Part shown: piece by piece, positions 37,167 to 52,293 of the stretch
How the letters are laid out: every line of letters begins with the position of its first letter
How positions within the stretch are numbered: position 1 is the first letter of the stretch
From: Auanema rhodensis
Lineage: Eukaryota; Animalia; Nematoda
Assembly: GCA_964057225.1 (NCBI GenBank)
Contig: OZ059897.1
Span: 11,966,001 to 12,030,000 of the forward strand
Reading direction: 5' to 3'
Length of the DNA stretch: 64,000 nt
Notes under the pieces: generated by a model
What the model was told of the DNA's origin: nothing
What the model saw: only the letters and a program-made list of their open reading frames with translations
The model's database searches: none
Made by a program: the position numbers and the translations under genes

Positions 37167-38168
37167 ATCCATATAGTTATTATAATTTATTGCCTTATGT
37201 ATTTATGAAAATTAAAATTATAATAACCATAGAAAAGAACGGATTAATAGTCTGTCATAAGGACCATAATAAGAATTCTGTTCTTAGATAAACATATAAT
37301 CGCAATTGCTTTGTTTCATCATCAGGATTTCTATAATTATATGATTATATACTATATGGTAATGAGTTTACGGTATTTATATTTGAACAAGGTGTGAGAT
37401 TGTATTGGATATTGTCACGGGTTGCGTATTATTTGAATAGATATTGCATCATTGATGAGGTCAATCCAAGGGATCTATTTCCGCAAACAGTTTTTTTGAA
37501 TATGAACTGCTGACAGATTGATAAACAGTTACATCTGCTCACTTCTTTATTATTAATAAACATTATATTTTAATATAAAAATTTTCTTTTTTTTTTGTTT
37601 TGTTTAAAATATGTCATTGGTGTTCAATGTGATGAAACAAATAGATAAAATCTTCTTCTGTATATAAGCTTTTCTTACGTTAAAATAACTTTTTAGAAGA
37701 AAAAAAACATTTTTTATACTTAATAATCGAAAAATTTTAAACTACGAAGTATAAGAAATCCCGTCACAACAGCACATATGTCAGGAAATACGCATCTCAT
37801 ACATAGCACATATGATACTTCCGGCAAAATGATATGCTTTTCTCTATTTCAATAATTGAAACGATACTATATTCATATAAAATTATTGAGAAATCATGTG
37901 ATATTAAGACTAAAAATCAGAAAAATTATGATATTTAATAATATATAATTAAAATGAATACATACAGTAAATATTATGTATTTATTGATACAAATATAAA
38001 TAATAAGTTTTGACTGATATTTGAAAATATAAAATTTTTTATCAAAAGAAGAAATTTAAATGACTCGAAGCGGTAAAATACAAATAAACGAACGAATGAA
38101 TGTAATAAATAAGGCAAAAATATAATTAATAAGGTATTCACGATTGAATAAAAATAATTTTATAACTT

Positions 38169-39844
38169 TTACTCAAGACTGGCATCAGGAGACATAGAAT
38201 TTGAGCTATTACTATCACTTGTTTTACTGGTGTCAAGCGGTGATGACAATTGAGGTACCATATTAGCCCAGGTAAACGGTAAAAAATTATTGGGGCGAGG
38301 CTAAAAAAAGCTTTTGCTATTAGTTTTTCAAAGTTTCATCTATGACTTACTTGTAATAGGGATTCCATTGAGAAAGCTGGTTTATGTAAATTTTTCATGA
38401 GCATAGAGTAATCCGGAGTTGAAACTTCATCCGTATTAAAAGGATACTGTAATACAAATTATAAAAATATATAAATATAAAAATAAAATTATAAGCTTCT
38501 GACCAAAAACTCACCCGAATATTTTGATTTCTGATTTTTCTAGCGCAAGCAAAATGCTCAATTGCTTGTAAAACATCACCATTACAACCTTAAATGATAT
38601 TAGAAATTAGTTTTTTCTCAGAAATCTTTTGAATAAAACCTTCTAATATTAAATCCAAAACACGCTTTTCTTGATCCTCAAATAATATTTCTAATAGTTC
38701 TATCGGTGACATACGTCCGGTTGATTTCATCTCCTTCGGACTTGTAGATTCTTTTGACTTTTTAGCTGGAGAGCATTCAGGCATAGGAGAAGGTGTTCGA
38801 GAAACTAGAATATAATGATAACTTTTTGAAAGAATTTCAAGTTATTTTATTCATTTGACTTATGTTTATGCTATTATATAGATAACATTTCATTTGTTAA
38901 CCAGATGTGGTATAAGATATTTCTTTTTTTCTGAAATCGTAAACAATCTTACTGTCTATATTATCTTCTTCATCAGCTGATGTATTCCAAACTGGACCCT
39001 GAGGCAATCTGTCTATTTGTTGACCAGAAACAACACTGAAATATTGAAAAGTATGAAAAATTGATGTATATTTATAGATACCGTAATCCTAATGCAATTG
39101 CATCTTCTGTAGCTTGTTTCCGTTTCAAAGCTACCTGAGCAGCCATTACACGTTGTCTTTCAGCAATTAAATTACATTTATCACATACGCATTCCCTTAA
39201 ATATATTATATAATTACTAAATTATTATGTAAATATAGTTTTCAAGTAGTTATCAAGTTATTCATGATTCATCAATAAACCCTACACGCTAACTAACAAT
39301 ATATAACAATCATATCTTATATTATGTTCGAAAAAGTTATCTTGACAATCTCCATATTTGTGCTTCTCATGCCTCTTTTAATCGGCTCATTTTCGAGTGT
39401 CACTACAATTGTCGTCTTTTCTTCTACTTTTCTATTTGTTAAAGGATTACGGTAAGGTGAGAAGAAGGTTTTTCTCTGCCTTTATTGGACAGTCTAGATT
39501 ACACTTGCTATTATCTGGCGCAATAATATCTCTCAATCTTACTCTATATATCTAATAACGTTATTTATACAAATATTAATAGAAAAGTTAAGTTAAACGA
39601 CAGCTTTCTTAATCCTACCACTAATAAGATCATGTTTTCTATATCAATTAAATAAATAACATATTTCATGATCTATACTAATATATTTTTTTTTATAAAA
39701 GTTTAAAACATACTTATACTTGCAATGTCTCTTGTGTCCCTTAAGCCAGGAAACAAGACCATGATTACGGCATCGAGCACATTTTGGTTTTCGTTCGCGC
39801 TCAACTCGCCCTCCAAAACTCATAGGAAACCCTCCTAGAAGCAT
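38169..39844 (-). CDS. dmd-4: DMRT (DM plus DMA domain) transcription factor
   Basis: [53 protein letters not shown]; DRLPQGPVW; DMA domain [30 protein letters not shown]; eh1-like FSMESLL. Confidence 0.92.
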
Positions 39845-41893
39845 TTCTGAAAATTATATAAGTTTTAAAAGTTTAACAAGTTTATTAACTAGATTAATAT
39901 AAAGATATGTAAAGTATATTGAATTACTCAACTACAGATATAAATTGTTACGGTAACTTAATGAATATGAAATCAAACTTCAAGAGAGAACTTAAAAACA
40001 TTGTAATAATTCAAGAACAATGAGTATATCAAGCTAACACAATGAGGAATGATACGATATATCCATATTGTCTCAATCTAAATCTAAGTAGATACGTGAG
40101 CACAAAATGTGGGCGTGGACATGTCCTACGATTGCTCAAATCAGAGCTTAGTAGGCGGAGTTTGTACTATTCTGCAATGTTTATGGGATATGAGCAACGG
40201 AAGAAAACCGGAAATTAACTAGTGACCATATTGTAAGGAAGCTATCTGGTAGAAGAATATGTAAACTGAGATGAGTCAAGATTGGAGACTAATTATACAT
40301 CTGGATTCTGTGTATAAGTCGAAGCAGAAAATGAAAAAGAATATGAAAAGATAAGACACATATAATATATAAAAATATATATATATATTTGTGGAATATG
40401 ATATGGATAATATTACCAAGTTTTATGTTAGAAAGGAAATAAAACAAAATTTAAGTTAAATTTAAGACATACGAATGCAAAACTGTAAAAAACATCATTT
40501 TAAAGTTTCATTGGAAATAGTTAGCAAAGAATTTTGGAAGGAGATTAATTAACGGAATCCGAAGATTTAAAACAAGATTGAAGATGTACCAACTTAAAAC
40601 TTTCTTTTTTATATTTGTATCAGATTAATAAGGTTTTAAGGTAATCGCATAACACGAAATATAAGCTAAAGCTCAACTATTCTCGAATTTAACGATATAA
40701 ACACTGACGATAGTCGATCACTGAATATAAAAGAGGAAAAAAAGATAAGAGCCACGAATAAAATGTGAAATTCTCAAAATTCTATCAACTTTATCAAAAT
40801 TTTGAGGTTTGAGTTACCGTATGCTCGATACACACGCACATACTCTTGTTGTCTTTCCCATGATCGGTACAGCGAAAGAGAAAGAGGAAAGAGAAAACGA
40901 AAAAGAGAAAAGATTTCTCTTTCCAGCTTACAACGTCTCTATACCTATCTAGTTGCTTATTCCATCATATATATAACTAAGTCTCTAGACTTTACATAGT
41001 CTCTACAGCAGATACAAACAAATCAAGGTGTCCAAATAAGAATTCTCTTTTCGAAGCAAAAAGAAGTGCTCTCAAGAGATCACTCAACCTTATCACATTG
41101 TGTGCGAAGAATAGCAAAAGTTCAGAACTGTTACAGGCTGGCATAAATTATTTGATGTTTATATTTTCATCATATCATACAGCAAATTGGTTAAATATCA
41201 CGAAAAAAAAGAATATACTGAAGACCTTTTATTTACTCTCAGTGCAAAGATAGGTAACATCAAAGACCGAACATTTGTAGAAACGGATATGGAATATTAT
41301 ATAAGAAATTTCAAATGCATGTTAGTTAGTTATATTAGAAATAAGAATTTAAATACATATCACAAGCTTCATGAATTTTAGACTTTCTTTTAATTCTACC
41401 GTATACATATTTTTGAATGATAATAATATTCCAATACATTTTATTTATTAATATTATATGTTTAAATTGTTAAATTTTCAGCTCTATGTGTGTTCCATCT
41501 TTATTTTCTTAATATCGTTTAACTTTATAAATTTCAACACTTTTTTATTCAAATTCATTATACTTTATATTGAGATATACATATGTATTATTCCTTTTTG
41601 ACATGAAAACGGTAATATATAGTATTATGTATGTTTTCTCTGATTTCAATTGTGATAGAAATAAGGCAAAAAAATTTATTCCAGGTTCCCAAATGTTAGA
41701 GCGAATCAACTTCGTAGAATGTTATAAATATTAAAATAAAACTTTCGGCGTAAAAATCTACTCTGATCTACTGATAATAAATGGTTTGTTGATAAATTAT
41801 ACAAATACGTAATAAATAAAACCCAATTATAAACACACTAGAATTTAATAATAATGTTATCACATACATACTGAAGTTGAATGGAATAGTTCC

Positions 41894-44230
41894 TCAGTAT
41901 CGATCCTGAAAATAATGAACGTAGAATGGAAATAAAATACAAAACTGGAAACCATAGTGAAAACCCAAAAAAAAAAGCAAACAATGACAGGTGCTAAATA
42001 AATGAGAACACAAATCAAGCAAAACAAAAGCTACAACAATATGATAACCTTACTTAATTTCAAGACTTTGCCGGAGCACGCTAAAAGGGCAGAGGGGTTA
42101 AGATCAGGGATGGGAATATGCTTGTATAAAAATCAACTTACATTCATATATGAAGAGAATGAAGAAGACAAAGTGGAAAATTTTTCAGCTACTTTTGAAG
42201 CTCCAGCTTTTAGTGAATCTTTGATGTCAGACATTTCAGGAACCTAAAAACAAATTTCAGACAAGGTAAACTAGGTCTGTAATACCTGGCTTGAATATGA
42301 ATAGGATGATTGTGGTTGGCTTCCATTACCCCATAGATCAGCAGAGCCAATAGCACTTTGACCTTCAAACTTAGAAAGAGCAGATTTAGTTTCATACTAA
42401 ATATTAAAATTAAAAATAATAGTGCAACAATATTCTTACATCCATTTCATTATTTCCAAAATACATATCACTTGAAATAGCCTTAGCATTACCGAACTTT
42501 TTATGAACATCAACATCATTTGCAGCGGCAGATACTGGAGCTTTACTAGGTGCAGAATAACGAGATTTTCTAGAAGACAACGCGATTAACAGTTAAACAC
42601 AAAAATATCATACTGTGGAATATTTTGCTCCCAATTGTCAAAGAACTCATCTGTATGCGTTGGTGCAGTAGGCTTGAAATCATCCAACTTATCGAAGTTA
42701 TATTTGTCACTTGAAGTTTCTGATTTATTTAATCTAAATCTGCCATAATTATAACGAAATAAACAATGCCTACATACCCTTCATCTACTAATTCCCATTC
42801 ATCATCAGCTCTTGAAGAAGCTGGAGCAGCTCTAGATGATAAATCAGTCTGTTGAATTTTTCGAACTCCAGAAGCTACAGAATGAGCGGCACGTGGTCTT
42901 CCAATACCGGCCATGCCTAATCTATCAACGGCAGCAGCTTTTTGTGGATCAGATGATACTTTAGACTAAATTTGGAAAAAATAGAATAATTCAAAATCTA
43001 TTTATCTTACCTCAATAACTTTCTTCTGAGCGTCAATCTGTTGCATGGCTAACCTAGCACTAAGCTTGGCAACTTCAGGCTCTTTTTGCTCACCATCATA
43101 ATTTAAGTTAATAGGAACAGCTGCAGATTCTTGCTGAAATGAAATTTTGTAAAAAAAGGGTAAGCGGAACAAAATACCATTGATTTTGCTTTTTCATGTT
43201 CTTCAGCTCTTTGTTCCAAATCATCAAAGTTAATCTTAATTTTTTGAGCGCCAAGTCCTCCTTTTTTAGCACCTACCTAAACATTCATCAAATTTTTAGG
43301 AAAATTAGTTAAGCAAAACATACGGCTGGCTTTTTTATCGGTTTCTTCAAGATAACGGATACTGGAGCTACGTTGGATGGGGCTGTATCCAAATGCTCAA
43401 CCTTTGGACCTGAAGTTGAAAATTGGTCAAGAGAATGCCAACAAAACAATCGTTACCAGAAATATCATTATGCTTTTCAGCAGAAATAAATGCATCGCTA
43501 CTAAGAGAAGATGCACTCTGAGAAGTCGGCATTGAACCAAATTCTTGATCAAAGAAATCGTCCTAAACGTATGTATAAAAATGAAGTATGTTATCTAATA
43601 CAAACTTCTTTCTGTGTATCTTCAGCCATGGTTGTTGTCTCAATCATAAGCTGAGTACCATAACGACGTTGAGCATCAGCGCATAAGTTAGCTAGTTTAT
43701 CCTAAAAACAAGAAGGTTCAAAAGAGAGAAAAACAATCAATTCACCTTATAGAGCTGAGCTGCTCGGCTCTTATACTTTACTTGCGCATCAGTGCTGTTA
43801 CATCCGTGTTGTTTGAAGAATTGAACCTATAATTGAAAATTCAAACCCTTATGAAGAATATTACACTTACAGCGTTAGCGTTTCCTCCTACTTGCATAGC
43901 ACGCAACTGAAGCCAATTCCAGTTAGTATCAAGGTTAGTAGAACGAACAAAAGTTAAATGAACACCAAGATTTCTATGTGTTGCAGAGCAGTCAATGCAT
44001 AAAAAAACTCCTATAAAAAGAGAAAAAATAATATGAAAGCAGCATTGAAAGCTAATACCGTAGGTTACTGTGGCCCAAGTGGGATTTCTAGCATTACAAT
44101 CGAAACATAACTGAAATGTAAAGTATACAAATATAGCGATAAAAAGACTAACCTTATTAGCAGGCAAAGATCTCAATTTCCTCATGGCTGTCTGAAGATC
44201 AGCCTTAGAAGGCCCGCTATCATCACCCAT
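41894..44230 (-). CDS. ArfGAP2/3 (Glo3-type) ARF GTPase-activating protein
   Basis: [33 protein letters not shown]; LGAQK; DRLGM; [16 protein letters not shown] and AIGSADLW (Glo3 motif); terminal exon DRY*. Confidence 0.93.
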
Positions 44231-44398
44231 TTCTATAACTTAATTTTTATAGTAAATAGCACTTTCTTACTTATTGCATAATTAAAACATTAATTCGAGA
44301 GTCCTAGAAAGGTGGGAGAGTTAAACTTATTCTATATTATATTTAAATACTAATAATTAACATAGGTATACATTAAACGCAAAAGGATAAATGCTGAG

Positions 44399-44456
44399 TG
44401 ACGTGTACGACAAGAGATTCCAGTGGAGCGTAGCCAATCGCTTTGGAGCGCGCTTG
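44399..44456. promoter_or_regulatory. GC-rich promoter patch of the ArfGAP gene
   Basis: TGACGTGT (CREB3/XBP1-like bZIP site) at 44399-44406 and TGGAGCGCGCTTG at 44444-44456, about 170-230 bp upstream of the ATG, in otherwise AT-rich DNA. Confidence 0.4.
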
Positions 44457-45343
44457 TCTTCGGGAATATATTAGTGTAAAATAATTATGAAGTACTTAAA
44501 GTTCTTATTTTTATTAATTATATCATTGTGAAAATTTATTTTATTTTTTTTGGACGGTAATCATAAATTTATATATAATAAAAAAAGAAAATAAATTGTC
44601 TCCGCTTATTTTTTCAAAAATAAAAAGAATGCAAGTAAAACACGAGTTCTGAATAGTCGTACATAATCGAAATTGATGTTTTCCTTCGATTATAGAATGT
44701 GCTATATTGTATAAAGGTTCAATTTATTCAAAATATTCTATTAAAATAGAAAAAATTAAAATTATGTTATAATAAAACGCGATTTTCTTCATTTGAGATT
44801 TACATGATATTTATTGAATCCTCTTTTAGTTTTCAGGTTTTCATTTCTTAAGGAAAAAGTTTATGTCAAACTGAAATATGAACCTTATAATGCTACATTT
44901 GATATACCTGAATATATTGTAAATATTCCCATGTTATAACATAATAAGAAACCAAAAATAAACATTTATTACCCTTTTTCGTATAATGGCGTATTATAAG
45001 CAATATAAATGAATAAGGAACAATTATATTAAAACATGTAGAAAGCAGCTTTTTTTTGAAATGGCAAATAATACGTGTCATAGTGATAAGTCACAACACT
45101 TCTTTTGAAGCACACCTCGTTTGGAAGTTTTGAAAATTTCTGATCAATTAAGGCAAATACGATTGTAGGAGCATGAGATTCATTTAATGAATATAGTCTA
45201 AATGTAGATTCAACGTCAGTGAAATAACATTTTTAAAGTTTGAATGAAAGTTCATGATGAAAAGAAAACTTCGAAAATGTAAAATGTTAATTGAAGTGCT
45301 TGCAGAAAGTTTCTGCTTGTCAAACGTTTCGAGGAGCATTGTT

Positions 45344-48278
45344 TTAATAAAAATCTTCATAATCCATTGAATTATATTGAGATGTATCAAAATTATAATA
45401 ATTTGGCGGAAGTGAGTTAGTTTTTGTTAAAGGTTGTTGTTGTTGTTGTTGTTGCTGTTGTTGAGAGTTTTGCTGTTGAAGAACTTGTGGAGATTGAGAT
45501 TGTTGATGATGAGCTTGAGTATGATGTGGCAATTGGTTGAAAGAGTTTGATGGATTATGAATTTGATTCATAGGCAATTGACCAGGCATTGAAGTTACGG
45601 GATAATTTCCAGTAGGGTAACTGAAACTAAGTGATTTAACATCCTTCCTTTCATTTTCTTGAAAGCTTACCCATCAAAAGTGGTTACAGCAAATTTATGT
45701 TTGGTGCTTTCGATATAAAAAGTTGGACGCTCAGTGGATGGACTGACTGGCGGTTGTTGAACCATTTGACTATCCGCTTTATAGCAAGATGTATCCATGT
45801 TATGTGCAACAGACATAGCTTGCCTCATATCTACAATATTTTAAAAATAACAATAATATTAAAAATAATTCTTACCACTAAACATATCAGGAGTCAACGT
45901 TACATTATAATCCGGATCACAATCAGTCATTTGTTCTAAATTAGGCATTGATGAAGCTGAATTTAAGCTATTATCGAATTGATTTGGAGTAGCAGGAAGT
46001 GAATTGGATGAATAACTGAAAATAATGTTTTTTATTTTTTTTATGGTTCTGATAATTAAATTTACTTATATGGTAAGCTGCCCTGGTTTTCCGTATAAGA
46101 ATTACTACTACTACTAGGGTAACTAGCAAGAGATTCTATTGAAGACGATGAGGCAGAATGTGACATTCTAGGATCAGAATTACGTCTTACAGCATCAGGA
46201 ATATGTTCAAGCTTAAAATAGACTGTCTTACATACCATATAAGGGTATATTACCTCCTGTGGTCTAACTTGGACACTTTCCTCTTGCTGCAAAAGGCTTT
46301 TTAGCATTAAATCTTGCATTTGTTCAAAATTTGCAACAAACTGCAAATTTTCAAGAACCAATCGACCTAACATCTACAAAAATGATATCATTTTTTTATG
46401 ATGAAAGAGAATAACAAACCATGACATTCGGCACAAAAAGTAAAAGATTTCCAAACCGAGACGATGCAACTTCTTTTGGATGTGTTTCCCGAACAACATA
46501 ATAAAGAGTTTCTTGTATACGATCTCTCATATCAGCTATAGCTTCTGAAGCTTCAGTTGAGAGATTTTTTAAATCTAGAATAAAAATTAATTCTTTAAAA
46601 GAACCAACTAATAAAAACCTACTTGGATTTAAAATAATAATTGCTTTTAATAAAGCGGCTTCTTCTTCTTTCATATTCATTTTTCTTAATGGAATAATAA
46701 GGTCATCTAAAGCTCTTGGAGCAAGGTTGTTGGCGAAATGACTGAAAATAGCTTTTATTTCTTAAAAATAAAATAAAAAGTTGAAAACATACAATGGTTC
46801 CTGCCACTTTTGGCCACAATCTCGTGTTACATAACCATGAGAACAAAGATATATCAGATCTGTTTTCTTACAATTCCTAGCAGTTGATGCAGCAAAATTA
46901 AAAACCATCAAAGGTGCATAAGCATGACGAACCATAGTTAACTAAAATATCAAAAATATAAATATAAATAAGTAAATAAAGAAAAATATAAAATTATAGA
47001 AAAATCAAAAAAAACAATTAAACATCCTGATTAAAATAAAAAAAAAACTTGCCTTATCTTCAAGTCCTTGAATATCCATAACATCAAAAAGATGATCGAC
47101 CCAGTCTATGACTGCAATAAGAGTTCGATGAGCGATCGAAGGCAATTCCTGAGGATTGATTTCTCGATAGCCTTCATATCTCATCTATAAGTCAACTTAA
47201 GTAATGCAAAGTGATGTAAAGATATATGAATTACCTCATTTCTCTTACCATCAAGTATAGATGGATCTTCTAAAGCATGTCGAATAGAATCTATTGAGAG
47301 AGGATACACAACTTTTGAATCTGCTCCTCCATCACCACTTCCTACCTGTAGACTACAGTATACGTTAAAAGGAAAATTAATAGTTTAACTTTCATAAACA
47401 TTGTTTTATTTATGAAAAAAATTAGAAAAAAGGGTAATTTTAAAAATAGAAACTATATCTTACTATGAGATCAATGTTCATGAGTTGAAGTAAAGTTGTT
47501 CGCATATCAACAGGGAGTTTCCGCATCCATTCTGTATCTATTTCTGGTTCTTCTTCAGCATTAATTTTAGATCGACGTTGTCGACCCTGAAAATGCCTTC
47601 CTGTAGCATCCCTATCAGGTCGAACTGCTGAAAATATAAATATTCAGTTAAATAACTTAAAGTTGATGAAACTGAACCTTTAGGATCCATGCCCACTTCA
47701 ATGCATTTCTTGTATCTACAATATCGACAAGAATTCCTCTCATGTCGATCTACAACACAATTACCATTATAACGACATTGATATTCAGATGGACGTTTCA
47801 ACCTGCAAGAAAGAAAAAACGAAATGAGAACAATCCTTTGGAAAACTTCAAAACTCACGTTCTTCTGAAAAATCCTTTACAGCCGAAGCAAGTGACTACA
47901 CCATAATGAGTTTTAGCATTACCGTCTCCACAAACTCTGCATGTTTCCGAGCCTGAATATGGCTATTCATTAATAAAATTCAAATGAAATGAACTCAAAA
48001 TTTGAAACCAAAATTATAATTTATTATATTTGTAATACTATCAGTCATCATGATTGTAACAAAACTTATGATAGTATATAATTAGAAGAAAAGACAAGTT
48101 TCAAGTTCAATGACCTTTTATATAAACCTGTTATATCTTTTTAACTTATGGAATTTAGAATAAAAAATAAATTTTTTTTATTAATAAAATAGAAGAGGTT
48201 ATGCATCATACTTTGTGAAGATAATGAGTTCCTACGAAGTTGTTTTATTTCAGCGTTTGATTCTTCTGACACCGACAT
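45344..48278 (-). CDS. Nuclear hormone receptor, nhr-5-like
   Basis: [31 protein letters not shown]; [25 protein letters not shown]; AVRPDRD; LBD with [28 protein letters not shown]; Gln-rich tail. GC-AG donor at 47052. Paralogue assignment is from memory. Confidence 0.9.
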
Positions 48279-51200
48279 GAAGGATCTTAAATAAATGAAA
48301 TAAATAAATAATATCTACATACAGACATATAGAATTGTCAAAAAATTAAAAAAATATAACAAAAGAAATACAAATATCAATTGATATCATATCATTTCAT
48401 AAAGATATATCTATTCCATCTAGTTAATGGATTATAAGACAGTTGATTGAGATATAGTCACATATACACACACACACACACATACGTATAGAAGACACAT
48501 ACACACAAATGACAGGTAGTAGCAATTCCTTGTCTAATCAAAAATGTAAATATGACAAAAAAATTTAATAAAAAGTAAGAAAATATAAATTCAAATTTAA
48601 AAAAATAAAGGAAATTGATATCAATAGATGATGTGTATTCGTCTTCATCATTGCATGTTAGTGGTAGTGCGGGTAGTAAAAGACTAAGAAAGAAATAACA
48701 TGTGATATGTTGTAGCATGTCAGACACACATACCCATAAACGACTTTTTTCTTCTTTTTTTTTCTTCCTCTTCTTCATCATTTTCTTCGTCTCTTTTTTT
48801 TCTGTTTCGTTGACTAATTTAAGTTGTTATATCACATTTGATAGATTTTTGGTTAAATTAAATATGATCAAAGTTTGATAATCCGTAAATATATAAGACT
48901 AAATTTTGATTTCCAATGAAATATAATAGCATTTCAATCATTTTTTACAAAAAAATATATATATTTAAAGTAGAAGAAAAAGAAGAACACGTGTGTTAGA
49001 TGAACATAGTCGGGAGCAAAATTTGAAAGCAAGTAGTAAGACAAACAAAATGAGATCAAGAAAAAAAGAAAATTGTGATCAAATATTAAAACTAATGAAA
49101 TATTTAAAAATAAGAAAAAAAAAGTTTAATATATTAAACTCAAGTTTAAATTCTGTTAGAAGCAAAAAGGAAGGGGGGGGGGTTGAGAAAAACTGGAATC
49201 ATCATCAATAATTTAAAAAAAAATGTTGCGATAAAATATTAAACTGGAAAACATCCAATCATTTGGTAATCGCTGTCTCAAAAAAAAATTCTTTAAAAAT
49301 AGAAAATGCTATATTCAATCATCTGATAAAATTGGTAGCAAACTGATATGTTATCAACTTCCAAAGAATTATTTTCCAGATTTCAGTTTAACATGTTAAG
49401 GAAAAGTATGGCGAACTTCAAGAACTTGAAGAAAACAAAAAAAAAATAGAAAAACAGTTAAAAATGATGAAAAACGGCAAAATTGGAATATCATAGAGTT
49501 ATTCAAAGGATTGAATAGGTCCTTACGAAATATGAGATAAGCAAAACTAATGACAGTTGGCCACTCGATGACACCTAAGCTTTTTCTTCTTTCAAAACGA
49601 TAAAAAAAGAAATATATCATACTAATGTTCGGTGCTTATAAGAGTATAACAAACTGTAATTGATTAGTAAAATGGAAAAGAAGAAATAATTGTAAGAAAT
49701 TCCTCAATTGTTTTGATAAGAAGACTGATAAGGTGAAAAGTTGAACCAATTGAACGATCATAATGATTTAAAGTAATTAGTTGATGTAAATGAATTGAAA
49801 TTACTATAAATATTTTTTTTTGGTGATTGAGCAAATGACACAAAGTGCAGGATGTGAGTGCTGAAAAGAGAAAGAACATAGAGTATATCTATTGATTGAT
49901 TAGTGTGATCAAGAGAACAGCTTATACTGATAAGATTCATCATCAGATCTTCAAAAGAACTGAAAAATTTGAAAAATTTGAACAAAGCTAGTGCACAGGA
50001 TATACGAAACTAATCTGATCTTCATCTCAACTTAACTCAATACAAATCAAAAAACTAATAAATAAAGGAGGAGCTATGTGTGTGGGAAAGATGAGATACA
50101 ATACATCCTTATATGGTTGTTGCTGAATCAATGATTTATTAGTCAGTCTTTTATGATGGTACACGTGAAAGCGAACATGCTGTTCACGGACAACTTCGTT
50201 TGACACCGTCGACGAATATACTACGAAGAATACGATGATGACGCTAATGATGATGACCGGCTTTGTGAAAATTGAATAAATGCTATTTGTATAATAGAAT
50301 AGTTATGATAAAACATATATATATATATATATACTTATATATATACTTATATACACTTCTATATAGAATTTTAATAAAATAATGTTTAAAAAATAAAAAT
50401 ATTTTCTTGTATCCGGTTATGACGTCTTTCTTAAAATGTTTGAACACTGATTGCATTAGATAGATTGTTATAACACGAATAATATCAAAATTGACAACAT
50501 ATAATGATAAAAATCAAAATTAAACATATAAATTTTATTGAATAATTCTGTTAAAATTTTACAAACGAACAAAAAAAAAGAAATAATTACATAGATCATA
50601 CATTTATTGGATGAGATATTATAGATTGGACCAGTTGTTGATTATATGATAACGGAATCAACGTTTCTTATCGACACTTTTCGACAAGAAATAGGTAAAA
50701 ACGAAGAAAAAGTGACGTGAAATTACAAGAAGGTCAGGCATTTCGAGGCAATTCAACTGTCTGTTTGTTAAATTTTCTTATATTTGCAGGAAAGATTGAC
50801 TTATTCTATGTGATTTAATTCAAAACTGAAACAAAACGACGGGAAGTTTGATGATTGAACGCAAGCAGAACTTCTTATACATATAAGAAATGAATATTGT
50901 TTTCATTTATTTATAACAATATTCTTATAATATTATATATAAATATATATATTAATTTATAATTATATTAATATATTTATTATAAAATGAAATAAGTTTA
51001 TGAAAAGCAAGATAGCTTTTTAGTTATCAGCTCTTTTTGATTTAAAATTGTATTTTCATTCGCTACACACAGTACATGTCATTCGCTCAATTCAGCTCCT
51101 AGAAGTACATCTTAATCAGTAACAATCTATAAACATATATATATAAAATATTATTTATTCATTATATATATATATATATATAGTTATGTATAATATAGTT

Positions 51201-52293
51201 TATAATAAAATATATAAATCAATTTTATTATATGGATTATAATTATTTCATATACAGTACAGTACAATATAGGTGTACTAACATAAGTAACATGTAGTAA
51301 CGTAACAATAAAGTTATTCCTTTGCAATATCTGTTATCAACTTTTATCCATCAAACCAGCCGAATATACATATGTTTGTAGAATACTTTTTGAAAACATC
51401 AATATTTCTAAACATGTTCTGTGTTCCGGACATCCCCTTAATTTATAAATACTATACATCCTTATAGTTAAATAGAAGAAAATTTATACAAATAACTAAT
51501 ATAAATTAAATTTTGATGTTTACACATGTATATACACAATATTCTAATACTTAGATTTAGATATATATCTAAGTATTAGATATTTAAAATCCAAAATATC
51601 TATAAAAACATTCGATTTTCTGTAGAAAGTAGTTGCAGATACATATAGTAGACTAGTGGATACCCATATACATAAATTATATTTTAATTAATATATTTAT
51701 TAATATATTGATTGATTTATAATATTTATTATACATATGCATGTGTTTATAAAGAAAAATGTACCAAATAATAACTAATTATTGAATTGTACATAGACAT
51801 CTATAAAATATAATTATTATAATTATAATAAAAATAAAATATATAACCTCTACATCTTAGTATATTATCATAATCTAATTGAAAATCATTTAAACTTTGT
51901 AAATATGATATTTCATCAAATTGATCCCATATACTATCAATATTTTTGCATCTATGTGCATATGTTGGAATAGATAGTATATCATTATCTATAATTGTAT
52001 TTCTAAAATTAATTTAAATTATTAATAATTATTATTTTTAATTATATTTTACTTATTTAAAGTAATGATTTCATTTGAATTCGTATCAAAGCCAATCGTA
52101 TTTCCATTTGGACAATAAAACGCTTAATTATTCATATAAATTTAAAATATATTTAAATTTTAATCTTTTAAATAAAAAATATAATAATTATATATTTTAT
52201 ATTTCTAAAATATATATATATAATTCTTTATTAATTTAAAATAATATGATTTTGATCTTTTTGATCTCCCCCGACTTCTAAACATAAGCTTCA

